Source: a plasmid. From it: a stretch of DNA of 64,000 nt. Below are positions 1 to 11,302 of the stretch, piece by piece. Made by a program: the position numbers and the translations under genes. The first letter of the stretch is position 1, and the number at the start of each line of letters is the position of its first letter. The DNA lies in the sequence record NZ_CP040186.1; one strand, 5' to 3'. The notes below the pieces were generated by a model. It saw nothing but the letters and a program-made list of their open reading frames with translations. It was not told where the DNA came from and searched no databases.

Positions 1-211
1 AGTTAACAGTCCGCTTCGTGCTGTGAGTTCAACCGATGGACGCAACACACTTATTGAACCGTTCTGCGGGTGATTCATAGTCTAGCGTTTTTCTCGGCCT
101 TTCGTTGAGCTGTCTGGCAACACTGTTAAGTCTTTGCTGGCTGTGAACCGATAAGTCAGTTCCTTTTGGAAAATATTGTCTGAGCAATCTGTTTGAATCG
201 CCACAGATAGT

Positions 212-595
212 CTAGACACTTCTGATAATATTGATTTTCATATTCCGTCGGTGGCATCTGATTACTCGAACCATGCCGACGCTTACTGTTATAAAACATT
301 CGATGTAATCAAAAATATCGCTGCGGGCTTCTTCCCGCGTCCCGTAGATCTTTTTCTTTATCCGTTCACGCTTCAGGAGCTGGAAAAAACTTTCTGCAAC
401 TGCGTTATCGTGACTGTTACCGCGGCGGCTCATGCTGCCCTCCAGTCCGTGTGATTTCAGGAACGATTGCCACTCATGGCTTGTGTACTGACTACCTTGA
501 TCAGAATGAACCTGCACCTGTTTTTGGGGATTACGTCGCCACACGGCCATCAGAAGCGCATTCAGGACAATATCTTTTGTCATCCGGGGTTGCAT
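212..595 (-). pseudogene. IS3-family orfB C-terminal fragment (DDE integrase core)
   Basis: The 127-aa translation matches the C-terminal half of the 270-aa OrfB at 46063-46875 (HSDQGSQYTS...GTREEARSDIFDYIE). It is separated from the N-terminal part by a frame break near 600-650. Confidence 0.75.
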
Positions 596-649
596 TGACC
601 AGCCGATAACTTTGCGTGAGAACAGGTCAACAACTACGGCCAGATACAG

Positions 650-935
650 CTAGCCTTCGTGGGTTCGGATGTAAGTTATGTCCGTTACCCAACGTTCATC
701 CGGTGCTTCCGGGTTGAACTGCCGCTGGAGTTTGTTGGGTGTCACGATACTGGCTTCACCTATACGCGCTCGTGGGCTTCGATACCCGACCTGAGCCTTT
801 ATCCCGGCACGCTTCATCAGCCGCCAGACCCGGTTAATCCCGCATTGTTGCCCGCTATCTCGCAGGTCGAGATGGATCTTGCGATAGCCATAAACACAAC
901 CGGACTCCAGCCAGAACTGTTTGATTTGTCCTGTC
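650..935 (-). pseudogene. IS3-family orfB N-terminal fragment, cut by the IS30 insertion
   Basis: TGQIKQFWLESGCVYGYRKIHLDL...ITYIRTHEG is homologous to OrfB residues 29-125. Upstream codons are IS30 terminal sequence. Confidence 0.75.
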
Positions 936-2157
936 TGTAGATTCAATTGGTCAACGCAACAGTCATGTGAAAACATGTAATTGCGGAGGATTGTTGGATG
1001 AGACGGACATTTACAGCAAAAGAAAAAGCATTTGTTTTTGAACTATGGAAGAACGGAACAGGCTTCAGTGAGATAGCTAATATCCTGGGTTCGAAACCAG
1101 GAACCATCTTCACTATGTTAAGAGACACTGGCGGCATAAAACCCACTGAACGCAGGCGGGCTGTAGCTCACCTGACCTTGTCTGAACGCGAGGAAATACG
1201 TGCTGGTCTGTCAGCCCAAATGAGCATTCGTGCGATCGCTACTGCGCTGAATTGTAGCCCTTCGACGATTTCACGGGAAGTTCAGCGTAATCGTGGCAGG
1301 CGGCTATTACAAAGCCGTTGATGCTAATAACTGGGCCAACAGGATGGCCAGAAGACCAAAACCGTGCTTACTGGATCAGAATATGCCGTTGCGGGAGCTT
1401 GTTCTGGAAAAGCTGGAGATGAAGTGGTCTCCAGAGCAAATATCAGGGTGGTTAAGGCGAACGAAGCCGCGTCAAAAAACTCTGCGAATATCACCTGAGA
1501 CGATTTATAAGACGCTGTACTTTCGTAGTCGTGAAGCGCTACACCACCTGAATGTACAGCATCTGCGCCGTTCGCATAGCCTCCGGCATGGCAGACGCCA
1601 TACTCGCAAAGGTGAAAGAGGCACGATTAACATTGTGAACGGAACGCCAATCCACGAACATTCCCGGCATATCTATAACAGGCGCTCTCTTGGTCACTGG
1701 GATGGCGATTTAGTATCGGGTACAAAAAACTCTCATATAGCCACACTTGTAGACCGAAAATCACGTTATACGATCATCCTGAGACTTAATGGCAAAGATG
1801 CCACCTCGGTGAATCAGGCTCTTACAGATAAATTCTTGAGCTTGCCGCCTGAACTCCGGCAATCACTGACATGGGACAGAGGAATGGAGTTGGCCAGGCA
1901 TCTGGAATTTACTGGCAGCACAGGGGTTAAAGTTTACTTCTGCGATCCTCAGAGTCCCTGGCAGCGGGGAACAAACGAAAACACTAATGGGCTAATCCGA
2001 CAGTACTTTCCCAAAAAGACATGCCTTGCCCAATATACTCAACATGAGCTGGATCAGGTTGCAGCTCAGCTAAACAACAGACCGAGAAAGACACTGAAGT
2101 TCAAAACACCGAAAGAGATAATCGAAAGGGTTGTTGCGTTGACAGATTGAATCTACA
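936..2157 (+). mobile_element. IS30 (1222 bp, one base longer than the canonical 1221 bp)
   Basis: Left end TGTAGATTCAATTGGTCAACGCAACAG at 936 and right end GATTGAATCTACA ending at 2157. The encoded protein is nearly identical to IS30 InsI. Confidence 0.85.
998..2150 (+). pseudogene. insI: IS30 transposase with a +1 frameshift (ORFs 998-1321 and 1293-2150)
   Basis: The translation is colinear with IS30 InsI, but ...RNRGRR is followed by LLQSR* in one frame and continues YYKAVDANN in the +1 frame. An extra base sits at about 1305 (ggcaggcggCtattac). Confidence 0.8.
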
Positions 2158-2159
2158 GC

Positions 2160-2408
2160 GGCTTTTTTTAATATGTCCCGTTCGTCAGTAACCCGCTTCA
2201 GCTCCTTCTGGAGTCGGCGGCTCTCAGCCTGAGCATCTGACTGTTCTTTGTTGGTGGAAGAGTCCGGTCCGTACCTCTTTATTCAGGCGTAAAGACTGTC
2301 AGTAGTGATATCGAGACGTGTTGCGACGCTGGAAACAGAATGGCCTCGCTCAACAACCTGCTTTACCTATTCAATTTTAAACTCTTCGGGATAACGTTTA
2401 CCGCTCAT
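2160..2408 (-). pseudogene. Decayed IS3-family orfA of copy 1
   Basis: Nucleotide homology to orfA at 11926-12210, but a T6 versus T7 run and substitutions leave no ORF of 60 aa or more. Confidence 0.5.
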
Positions 2409-2928
2409 GGGCACCTCTCTTTTAATTAATCTTAAATGACTCCGAGGTGTCTGTTAAACCTGTGGCGATTCACACTACAAAATATTCGACGTTCACAATA
2501 CAGATTTTATTTTCCCTGCACTCAATCACCGGTCAATTTTCCCGAATTGACCGGGAATGGTTATTCATATCGCCTTACCAGGTGATGATATTTTCATGTA
2601 TGGCATATAGTTATGTCCGTTTAGAGTTTTGAGTTTAGACGGTTGATGCAGCACACTAGGTAAATCGTCCTGTAGGCGGCTACAACTGAACTGACCCCAT
2701 AGCCCAGCTGTTTTATGGTCGAATACCTCGGCACACTGATGATCACTGAGGCTTTATTATTGTATATTTACTGGCATTCAACAGCATGAATGAATACGTG
2801 GATTATCTCCTTGATGTCTTGGAAAATATCCGCATCCGCTCGTGATTCATTAGGAATGTACAGGTTGGGATTTTCAAACGTATCTGCCTGGTAAACGCCT
2901 CTTTTTTCTGATGAATAAATTTATATAG

Positions 2929-3141
2929 CTAAGTATATGTCCAGCCCAGTGCTCCGATAATAATTGCAAGGATGATTAAAGTAATTGCAGTTTTACGCAT
3001 TAGCACGCCATAAAATGCCAGAGACATTCCGATACACAGAATTATCAACACTGGCCACATACTGAGTACAAGGTATAGATAACTTTCTACATCGTTACTA
3101 GTAGTCACACTCACATCAATATTCCTCATCTGGAATTCCAT
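2929..3141 (-). CDS. Small hydrophobic hypothetical protein (70 aa)
   Basis: ORF with two predicted transmembrane stretches. No recognisable family. Confidence 0.25.
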   Translation of the reverse strand: MEFQMRNIDVSVTTSNDVESYLYLVLSMWPVLIILCIGMSLAFYGVLMRKTAITLIILAIIIGALGWTYT

Positions 3142-3599
3142 AAGTTAAATATCTCACCTCATAATATCATGCAACACCCTTGCTCTAATATTTATTGGTG
3201 ATAAAACAGCTTCAACTTGAATTAATTGCTTCTTACCATTGCGTTCAGGATAGTAAGTCGCTTGCTCAAAGTGGCAACGAGAGCTACTTTCCTGAGGTTG
3301 CCAGCTACAACCAAAGGCTAGCGCTAGATAATGAACCTGGTTCCGTTTTCAGGTTTCTGCAAGCTCGCCGCGAAACACGATAATGTTTTTGCGCAGGGTG
3401 TTATCACAAGAGCAAAACGATACTGCTAATCACCTGACACATTTCTGAATGTTGACGCATGCAGGTATCTGTATAGTTTACCCCGGATTTCTAAAAAAAA
3501 CTGCAAGCTCAGATGTATTTATACCGCAAAGTGGCATGTAGGCGCCAGCTAGAATTAAATCAGGTTATGGCGGTAAGGGGCGCCGAAGCCCGGCGTAGC

Positions 3600-4460
3600 C
3601 GGCTACAGTTTGATAGGTTCTGCCAATCCCCATCCCCGCCCTGATAAGCCATACCCACCGATAACGCTTCAGGAGCTGCTGTACGCGGTCGGAGTGGTCA
3701 CGACAAGGCGTTAGCCGCAGTCGTGGCGTATCTCCGCGTTAGCGGGCCGTAGGGCCGCTTACGAGCGTGTACCCCGGACCTCACCGCAGCACTACCCACA
3801 GCGATGACCAACCTGTAGTTACAACACCCATCATTAAAAGCGATGGTGTTCCCCGGCCTTCGGCCGGGGGCGGCGGCGCTTTTCAGTGGTGGGATGAGTT
3901 ATGTAGTTACCGCTGTGCACGGAACTGAATAGTGGTCTGAGAGGGGCTCAGTGTTGCAGGACGGCGCCGGAGGTTTGTTTAAATGGTTAATTGAATGCTG
4001 TAACTAAAGTGCTTGCTGGTGCTGTGCCCGCCGCTTGCCGGCGGGAGGTACTTCTCGATTCTGAGCGGCGCGGGCGTTTGCGACCGCTGCCAGCGAAGGC
4101 CTCATTGAGACTGTCCACAGGACAGACGGCGAACAGGTTTTCCTTTGAGATGAAAGAGATTCAGATCTTTAAAAGAAGTACAGAGCAGGTATTTAAAGGG
4201 AACCATGCGGTCTGTAATTCTTTCGACGGGCACCCAGGAAACGTGTCGGGTGTAGCCTTGTGAATAGTTCCCTTGCAGTTAAATGTGTATAAGTAAAATC
4301 CGGTCAAAAAACCGGGGCCGGAGACCTGAAATTTCATCCACGAAAAGGAAAAATCAGGAGGTGGCCGTGGTGGCTGTTACAGGAATGGTCAGAAATCAGG
4401 CAACTGCAGAAGACGGGCGAGCGAAAGTCTCCGGCGTCGGCCGGATAAAAAAGTGGGAGG
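3600..4460. other. Probable IncFII-type origin region (oriR/repA4 region) downstream of repA1
   Basis: Lies immediately 3' of repA1 on the minus strand. GC-rich dyad elements are present, for example the hairpin CCCCGGCCTTCGGCCGGGG followed by GCGGCGGCGCTTTT at about 3845-3885. No credible coding ORF. Confidence 0.3.
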
Positions 4461-4461
4461 T

Positions 4462-5334
4462 TTATATGGGCTCGGGGTACGGCGCCAGGCGGGTATAGTT
4501 ATTGCCCCGGGATATCAGCATTCGTTCCGTCACACGTCGCTCCACCTCACGCTTCAGCGCGTCATGATCGCCTCTGAAGCGGCCGGTGGCATATTCACGG
4601 GTCAGCTGCTGACGAACGCGCGTCTCTATATCCTTACGCTGGCGTGAAGCATCCCGGCGAGCTGTCGCTCGCTTCTGGCCATGTGATTTACGCTCAGCCT
4701 GGTAGCTACGAAAACGCTCGCGTACAAAACGCCAGGATTTAGCGATCAGCTCGTCCATTTCCAGTTGTGGCAGGCTCTGCTTTTTACGCTGTTTGTTTTC
4801 CCACTCCACACGGCTACGACGCGCGGCCACGACAGCGACATCTGACACATCCAGAGCCTGAAAAAGAGCCGGCGTGAACGTCATGTCGGTCGGGATGTTA
4901 CAGCCAATCTGCGGGTCATATTCCGTGGTGTAGGTGATCAGGCCCAACTCGGACATAAAGCGCAGCGCACGGGTCGCCCGCGAGATAGAGAGATTGCCAC
5001 TTGCGGATTCCGTGGCCAGCCCGCACTCGATGGCCATATTGGTAATCGAGCGCTGCACGCGATTGGCCAGCGGATCATAATGGAAGCACATTGCCTGCAG
5101 GAGCGCGTCAATTGCACGTCGACGCAGTATAGGAGGCATGCGGCGGCGCTTACCCAGTGAGCGGGCAAAAGCAACATGGATTGAAAAATCAAAGGTAGCG
5201 GTGAAGCCTTCGGCTTTGGCCATCAGCTTACGACAGAACGGCAGTGTCTTTTTGCCTTCACGCGCCATAAAACGCGGCTCGGCATTTTTAACCTGAACGT
5301 AATGAAATGAGTTTTCTGAATTCTGGTCAGCCAC
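4462..5334 (-). CDS. repA1: IncFII-family replication initiator RepA1 (GTG start)
   Basis: The 290-aa protein is colinear with R100 RepA1 (YYRQVKN, PREG, LKFCEKLMEKA-like, [27 protein letters not shown] motifs). Confidence 0.9.
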   Translation of the reverse strand: MADQNSENSFHYVQVKNAEPRFMAREGKKTLPFCRKLMAKAEGFTATFDFSIHVAFARSLGKRRRMPPILRRRAIDALLQAMCFHYDPLANRVQRSITNMAIECGLATESASGNLSISRATRALRFMSELGLITYTTEYDPQIGCNIPTDMTFTPALFQALDVSDVAVVAARRSRVEWENKQRKKQSLPQLEMDELIAKSWRFVRERFRSYQAERKSHGQKRATARRDASRQRKDIETRVRQQLTREYATGRFRGDHDALKREVERRVTERMLISRGNNYTRLAPYPEPI

Positions 5335-5398
5335 CGCTTCCTGCGCTTATGTTGCACGGAAGGAGTGAGCACAGAAGGTCTTGAACTTTTCTGAGCAT
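5324..5398 (-). CDS. tap: Tap/RepA6-like leader peptide overlapping the repA1 start
   Basis: A 24-codon [26 protein letters not shown] ends inside the repA1 start region. This is the typical IncFII translational-coupling arrangement. Confidence 0.4.
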
Positions 5399-5404
5399 GA
5401 ATCT

Positions 5405-5500
5405 ATACTCCCTGCATAGAGCAACAGCTTCTATGCAGTTTTGAAAGGCCCCGTTAATCTTTTCGCTCCGCCAAGAATGAAGAAGATTATCGGGGTTTTT
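5405..5500 (+). ncRNA. copA: Candidate CopA-like antisense RNA region of the IncFII copy-control system (approximate)
   Basis: Sits between repA2 and tap, antisense to the repA leader. The placement comes from IncFII architecture only. The transcript ends were not defined. Confidence 0.25.
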
Positions 5501-5613
5501 GCTTTTCTGGTTCCAGGTAAATTCCCCATCCGAACCAGTTCCCTGCCACCTTGCGGCGTGGCCAGCCAGAAATCTCTAAACGATCAGTAATCTAGCACTC
5601 AAAGCCGGATGGA

Positions 5614-5883
5614 TCAAGAATGTGACGTCGTTACATCAATTCCAAGCTTCGCGGACTCCATTTCAATAAGCCTTTCAATCATTTCTGCCTGAGTAATTCC
5701 TTCACTCTCACACATGATTTGAAGCTGATTTTTAAGTGAATCGCGCACAAACACCCTCACCTCTTTGTGCGTCGTTTTTTTACGCGCAACAGCCTTCTGC
5801 TGCCGTTCTGCAGCAGAAAGTGGTTTCCCTTTTCTGTAGGGGCGTTTAGATGAGGAAGTAACTGCGTTTATGGCCTGTGACAT
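5614..5883 (-). CDS. repA2: RepA2/CopB copy-number repressor
   Basis: MSQAINAVTSS...KKTTHKEVRVFV...GITQAEMIERLI is homologous to R100 CopB. Located upstream of repA1. Confidence 0.75.
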   Translation of the reverse strand: MSQAINAVTSSSKRPYRKGKPLSAAERQQKAVARKKTTHKEVRVFVRDSLKNQLQIMCESEGITQAEMIERLIEMESAKLGIDVTTSHS

Positions 5884-6023
5884 CTCTGCCTCCTCAAGCA
5901 TTTAACTAAATACCTGAACAAAGATACTACAGCTGGCCTGATGCGGCGAGTGGCTATGTTATTTTTTGTTATATAACCTAATCTCCGTTGGCGCGAAGTT
6001 CAGGTTAAAAAACGTAACGATTT

Positions 6024-6590
6024 TCAGTACGTACTCTGCCAGTCCGTTCCCTGTGCCCAGCGGGATGCCCAGTGGTTCAGGTAACTGTGGGCGACAACCG
6101 GGTCATCCCACACGACCAGCACATTCTCTGAATTCGAACGGTCCGCAGCCCGACTGAAATTGAAAGAGCCGACCTCGGTATTGCGTTTGTCTGCGACGAT
6201 CACTTTGTCATGAAGGATCGTATATACGTCGACGGTGCGGACAGGGATACCCGCGCTGACCAGCACGTTCATGGCGGCCACACTGGCTTTCCCGGTATTC
6301 GCCTTCTGGTCCAGTACTACCCTGATATCCACTCCACGCCGTTTTGCCGCAATAAGCGAGCGAGTCACCTCCGGCGACGTGAAGGAGTATCCCATCAGGC
6401 GGATTTCCTGCTGCGCTGAATCGATGGTCTTCAGGACCAGCTGCAGGGCCGTTCCTTCCGGGGAAAAGCCGGTCTCGATGGACGCGGCGTTGACTGCCGG
6501 CACTGGCGTGTAAAGCGCCAGACTGAGCAGTCCGGGCAACCACCACCGGCTGGCTGGGGTTTGACGGGTCGTTCTTTTTTCTATACTCAT
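6024..6590 (-). CDS. nuc: Phospholipase-D family endonuclease (Nuc-like), secreted
   Basis: Signal peptide followed by HDK(x)...GSFNFS HKD-type motifs (ILHDKVIVAD, GSFNFSRAA). Confidence 0.8.
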   Translation of the reverse strand: MSIEKRTTRQTPASRWWLPGLLSLALYTPVPAVNAASIETGFSPEGTALQLVLKTIDSAQQEIRLMGYSFTSPEVTRSLIAAKRRGVDIRVVLDQKANTGKASVAAMNVLVSAGIPVRTVDVYTILHDKVIVADKRNTEVGSFNFSRAADRSNSENVLVVWDDPVVAHSYLNHWASRWAQGTDWQSTY

Positions 6591-6596
6591 ACGATT

Positions 6597-6824
6597 TCAC
6601 TCCTGATGACATTCAGTGATGTCGTGTCGGTGCTTCAGAAAATCCCTCACACACCTGACCAGTTTCTCTGAATCCCGCTCCCGCAACAGCGGAATGCCGG
6701 CCTGGCGAAGTACCTCTTCCAGCAGAATATCCCGGCGTACCCGATGTTTTTTCAGGTGCGAGGCATCATCCAGTTCGACAGCGGCCACAATGGCAAAGGT
6801 CGTGATAGGGGTCAGCTTGGATAT
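6597..6824 (-). pseudogene. N-terminally truncated small ORF, possibly a DUF2726-like fragment
   Basis: The AAVELDDASHLKKHRVRRDILLEEVLRQAGIPLLR pattern is recalled from DUF2726. No proper start. The call is weak. Confidence 0.25.
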
Positions 6825-7098
6825 CGAAAATTATTGTACTATAAGGACTTCCCCGGCATGTCAAAGCCGGTATTTATGGTTTCTGTCTGCTCTTCAGTAA
6901 AAATAAAGGGGAGAGACTGCGGTACTATAAACGGCCATGATGAATCGTCATCGATTCGGGCCCTGATGAAAGACGCGCGTGAGGTTCTAGTTCGTTAAGC
7001 GGATACGTATATCCTGTACAATAGCCAGATAGGCCTCACGGGGTCTAACCCTTTATCATCAACGAATTGCAGGTCAGATGGTTATACAGCTTCGAGCT

Positions 7099-7989
7099 TT
7101 AGTTGACTGAGTACAGCCGGAAATCATCACCGTAATGTAGTGATGCCCAACACAGCCGCGCATTTTTGGCGGCGATGGCCACAACAGCCCGCCAGTACCC
7201 TCTGCGCTCAACCAACATACAAACCCAACGGCTGAATGAGTCAGTCCTTTTCCCGGCGCCAATAAGCACTGAACGAGCCCCCTGAACCAGAAGCGTTCGC
7301 AGATACGAATCACCGGCTTTTGTGATCCTGCCGAGTTTCGACTTTCCCCCGCTGCTGTATTGTGATGGCGTCAGCCCCAGCCAGGCTGCCAGTTGACGTC
7401 CATTTTTAAAATCATGTGCATTACCGATACTGGCGACCAGTGCACAGGCCGTTGTGGGACCAACGCCCTTTAGCTCCATCAGCCGCTGACTGCGATGATC
7501 TGTTTTGGCTATGTGGGACAAAATTCGGTCATATTCAGTGATGTTAGCTTCAATGCGATCAACGTGTTCCATCAAATCATCAACACATTGCTGAACCTGA
7601 AGCGGTAAAGAGCTCTTCTGCACAGAAACCATGTGGCGCAGGGCATCAGCACTTTGTGGCGCGATGACACCGAATTCAGATATCAATCCTCGCAGACGAT
7701 TATACGTTGCTGTTTTCTCTTCGATAAAACCCTGACGGGTACGATGTAAACACTGCATGGCCTGCTGGCTTTCGTCTTTCACTGGTACGAACCGCATATG
7801 CGGACGACGAACAGCTTCACAGATAGCCTGAGCATCAGCTGCATCATTTTTTCCTGATTTTCCGGCCATACGATAAGGCGATACAAACTTAGCAGCCATC
7901 AGACGTGGCTCATGACCATACTGCCGAAACAATCTTGCCCAGTAGTGAGCCCCGGAGCATGCTTCCATCCCGATAACACAGGGAGGCAA
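7099..7989 (-). pseudogene. IS110-family transposase number 1. About 30 N-terminal residues are lost; the Transposase_20 domain is intact.
   Basis: VIGMEACSGAHYW...NDAADAQAI (DEDD core) and LMELKGVGPTTACALVASIGNAHDFKNGRQLAAWLGLTPSQYSSGGK. The upstream frame is broken and runs into the IS21-family element. Confidence 0.7.
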
Positions 7990-8169
7990 ACTTGCAATTA
8001 ACTCAGGAAGTGCAGCACGCGATACTTTAGGCTTAACCAGAACTATGAGACGACAATAACTCAGTCCGCCTGGTGCTGATTATTCTGGCCGGTTTTGTAA
8101 TCTGAATGTCATGTACATGCTCCAACAGGAAATGGCGTGACGCTCAATACTTCTCAGGTCAGTTACTAC

Positions 8170-9636
8170 ATGACTCAACGTAAAAAAGGGGCAACCCAGC
8201 ATATCTCGGCCATGAAGGCCGGTATCTCTGTCCGATCTGGTCGCCGGATCGAGAAAGATCAGTGGTCGAAAGCCGGTGAACGCCACTGGCGAACGCGTAA
8301 AGATCCACTTGAAGCTGTGTGGGACAGCGAGCTTGTCCCTTTACTGAAAGAAAGGCCTGCTCTGATGCCAACCACGTTGCTGGAAATGCTACAGGATAAA
8401 TATCCTGGTCAGTACCCCAACAACCTCCGCAGGACAATGCAGCGGCGGGTCCGTGAATGGAAGTTGCAATATGGTGCGGAGCAGGAGGTCATGTTCCGCC
8501 AGCGGCATCAACCCGGGTTGCGTGGTCTGTCTGACTTTACTGAGCTGAAAGGCGTAGTTGTCACCATCGCCGGTAAGTTGTTGGCGCATAAGCTGTATCA
8601 CTTCCGCCTTGAGTGGAGCCACTGGAGCTGGATGCGGGTTGTGCTGGGTGGGGAGAGCTTCTCTGCCCTGGCTGAAGGGTTGCAGGAGGCGCTCGGTCAG
8701 TTAGGCGGCGTGCCGTCAGAGCACAAAACTGACAGCCTGCGGGCCGCGTGGAAACACCGGGGTGAAGACGGTCAACGGGAACTGACAGAGCGTTATGCCG
8801 AGCTCTGCCGGCACTACGGTATGCAGGGCGTGCACAATAATGCCGGACGGGGCCATGAAAACAGTTCGGTGGAGAGCGCTCACGGGCATCTGAAACGGCG
8901 GATCCGCCGTGCGCTGATACTACGCGGTAGCAACGACTTCAGTACGCTTGAAGAATACCGTGCCTTCATCACTCAGCAGGTCATGCGGCATAACCGCAAT
9001 AATCAGGATCTGGTTAAAGAAGAGCAGCCTCATCTGAAGCCGCTGCCGCTTCGTCGCAGCGCCGACTATGACGAACTGACGGTGAGGGTCAGTAGCAGCA
9101 GTACCATCAACGTCAGGCACGTCATCTACAGCGTCCCTTCCCGGCTGGTTGGCCAGCTTCTGCGGGTCCGGTTATGGGATGACCGTCTGAGTTGTTACGT
9201 TGGCAGTAACGAAGTCATGAACTGTCCCCGGGTCAGACCCGAAAAAGGCAAGACGCGGGCACGGCGAATCGACTTCCGGCATGTGATCGACAGCCTGGCA
9301 AAAAAGCCCGGGGCGTTCTGCCATGCGACACTGAGAAACGACATCCTGCCGGATGATGAATGGCGAAAACTATGGCGCCGTCTGTGCAACCACCTGGAGC
9401 CCGAAATGGCTGGCAGACTGATGGTACACGCACTGAAACTGGCTGCGGGGTATGACGATATCTCGGTCGTGGCACGCGGGATGGAGCAGATGCTGAATAC
9501 CCCAGGCGAACTGGATCTGAACCGGTTGATGCGGTTCCTGGGAATAAAGGAAAAAGAGCTACCGCCCGTCAGTGTCGTTCAGCATAACCTGAGCAGTTAT
9601 GAGCAGTTGCTGCGTGGAAAAGGAGGTCTGCAGTGA
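8170..9636 (+). CDS. istA: IS21-family transposase IstA
   Basis: Long ORF with an N-terminal HTH and a DDE region. Its end overlaps the istB start (ATGA-type overlap at 9633-9636). Confidence 0.8.
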   Translation: MTQRKKGATQHISAMKAGISVRSGRRIEKDQWSKAGERHWRTRKDPLEAVWDSELVPLLKERPALMPTTLLEMLQDKYPGQYPNNLRRTMQRRVREWKLQYGAEQEVMFRQRHQPGLRGLSDFTELKGVVVTIAGKLLAHKLYHFRLEWSHWSWMRVVLGGESFSALAEGLQEALGQLGGVPSEHKTDSLRAAWKHRGEDGQRELTERYAELCRHYGMQGVHNNAGRGHENSSVESAHGHLKRRIRRALILRGSNDFSTLEEYRAFITQQVMRHNRNNQDLVKEEQPHLKPLPLRRSADYDELTVRVSSSSTINVRHVIYSVPSRLVGQLLRVRLWDDRLSCYVGSNEVMNCPRVRPEKGKTRARRIDFRHVIDSLAKKPGAFCHATLRNDILPDDEWRKLWRRLCNHLEPEMAGRLMVHALKLAAGYDDISVVARGMEQMLNTPGELDLNRLMRFLGIKEKELPPVSVVQHNLSSYEQLLRGKGGLQ

Positions 9637-10388
9637 GCAATATCCATCACCTGGAACGCAGCCTGCGAAAACTGCGCCTGACACGCGTTGGCGCGGAATG
9701 GCATGCGCTGGAAAAACGTGCGCTGGCAGAGGGGTGGACCCCGTCACGCTATCTGCTGACGCTGTGTAATGAAGAACTGCTGTGGCGTGAAAGCGAAAAG
9801 CTGCGCCGCTATAAAAAGGAAGCCCGGTTGCCGGTCGCGAAAACCCTGGGTGAATATGACTTCGCCCAGGTGCCGGAGCTGAATGCAGCTCAGTTCCGGC
9901 AGCTCTGCGAAACGACAGACTGGGTTGATGCAGGTGAAAACGTCCTGCTGTTCGGCGCCAGCGGGCTGGGGAAAAGCCATCTGGCGGCAGCGATCGTGGA
10001 TGGCGTTGTAGGTCAGGGCTACCGGGCCCGGTTCTACAGCGCGGGAGAGCTGTTGCAGGAACTGCGTAAAGCCAGAGCTCAGCTGAAACTGAATGAGCTG
10101 TTACTGAAACTGGATCGCTATCGGGTGATAGTGGTGGATGACCTCGGTTATGTCAAACGCGACAACGCGGAAACCGGTGTGCTGTTCGAGTTAATCGCTC
10201 ATCGCTATGAACGAGGGAGTCTGGTGATCACCAGTAACCATCCGTTCAGCACATGGGGCAGCATCTTCGTGGATGAGACGATGGCAGTAGCGGCGGCCGA
10301 CAGGCTGATCCACCACGGATATATGTTCGAACTGAAGGGAGAAAGCTACAGGAAAAAGACGGCAAAGGCAGTAACCAGCGCGACTTAA
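9633..10388 (+). CDS. istB: IS21-family ATP-binding helper IstB
   Basis: Walker A GASGLGKSH and Walker B VIVVDDLGY, typical of IstB. Confidence 0.85.
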   Translation: MSNIHHLERSLRKLRLTRVGAEWHALEKRALAEGWTPSRYLLTLCNEELLWRESEKLRRYKKEARLPVAKTLGEYDFAQVPELNAAQFRQLCETTDWVDAGENVLLFGASGLGKSHLAAAIVDGVVGQGYRARFYSAGELLQELRKARAQLKLNELLLKLDRYRVIVVDDLGYVKRDNAETGVLFELIAHRYERGSLVITSNHPFSTWGSIFVDETMAVAAADRLIHHGYMFELKGESYRKKTAKAVTSAT

Positions 10389-10436
10389 CGTCGCACTAAA
10401 GGATGCGGCCAGAATAGTTGGCGCCAGTCGGCAAAA

Positions 10437-11072
10437 CTAGTTGACGTCTAATACCAGGGATTTCAGCGCAATACGGTAAGCATCCTGGACATTACGATAG
10501 GCGGTAACGTCGGGCCTCCACGAAGCCAGGGTACGGATCAACTGCATCCTCGTGAGGTGACGTATCTGGTCACGTAGCTCATCCGGGGCAGAAACGATAT
10601 TCATCTGGATCATTTGGAGTGCAATACGTCGCGCAGCAACAGCCGTTTTGCGGCAGACTTTCAGGACACGCAACGCTTCAATCATTCCGCTACGAGTTTT
10701 TGGTGTGACGGTTCGTATGCGTGAAAAAGCTGCGTGAGCAGCACATTCTGCATCAATGGTATCGCTTTTACCTCGCTTACGGCGTTCCATTTTATCTGGT
10801 GCTGTGACCTCCAGAACTTCCACTCCGGTACTCTGGAGATAACGCAATAAACCTGCACCGTAGGAACCTGTGCATTCAATTCCGATGCGCTTAACAGTTC
10901 CGAAAGATGCCATCCAGACCAGCATCTGACGGTATCCCTGACGTGTTGTCGCGAAAAACTCACTACCCAAGACCCGATTATTTTGATCAACCACAGCAGC
11001 AACATGTAAATCTTTATGCGTATCAACGCCACCAACGACAGGTGATAAATGAACTAGTTTTGCCTTTGCCAT
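10437..11072 (-). pseudogene. IS110-family transposase number 2, C-terminally truncated at the IS21 boundary. A different gene from number 1.
   Basis: GVDTHKDLHVAAVVD...IGIECTGSYG...KSDTIDAECAA is a DEDD-domain signature. The reading frame stops exactly at the IS21-family right end and there is no Transposase_20 domain. Confidence 0.65.
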
Positions 11073-11302
11073 GGGTTATTCCTGTACCTGCAATTATTCG
11101 TCATTTCCCCCTGACGATAACCCGGACAGGACAGTAAAGAGACAAGCCGTCAGGCCCTTCTTGAGTCACGCGTATCGGTGAGGAGAAGCCTCGCATGGAG
11201 TACTTCCTGATAACCGACGGGTCCAGGGAAAGACATATTACTGGTCGTTCAGAGTGTGAGTCAGGAAACCGGGAAGCCTTCACTGCATCAGTGATCCACC
11301 GG

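Larger units (their letters stand above)
194..2472 (-). mobile_element. IS3-family element, copy 1. Diverged from copies 2 and 3 (about 8% at protein level) and disrupted by the nested IS30.
   Basis: Terminal sequence TGAATCGCCAC at 194 and its reverse complement GTGGCGATTCA at 2461-2472. Split orfB and a decayed orfA are homologous to the intact copy at 46045-47273. Confidence 0.7.
8062..10433 (+). mobile_element. IS21-family insertion sequence (istA-istB). Boundaries approximate.
   Basis: IstA (about 488 aa) and IstB with a Walker A motif (GASGLGKSHLA). Multipartite terminal repeats share TATTCTGGCCG at 8076-8090 and its reverse complement at 10407-10419. Confidence 0.7.

Noticed and set aside
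3991-4647. ORFs of 64-90 aa in the region downstream of repA1
   Set aside because: They lie in the IncFII origin/repA4 region with atypical composition and no ribosome-binding-site context. They are more plausibly non-coding origin DNA.
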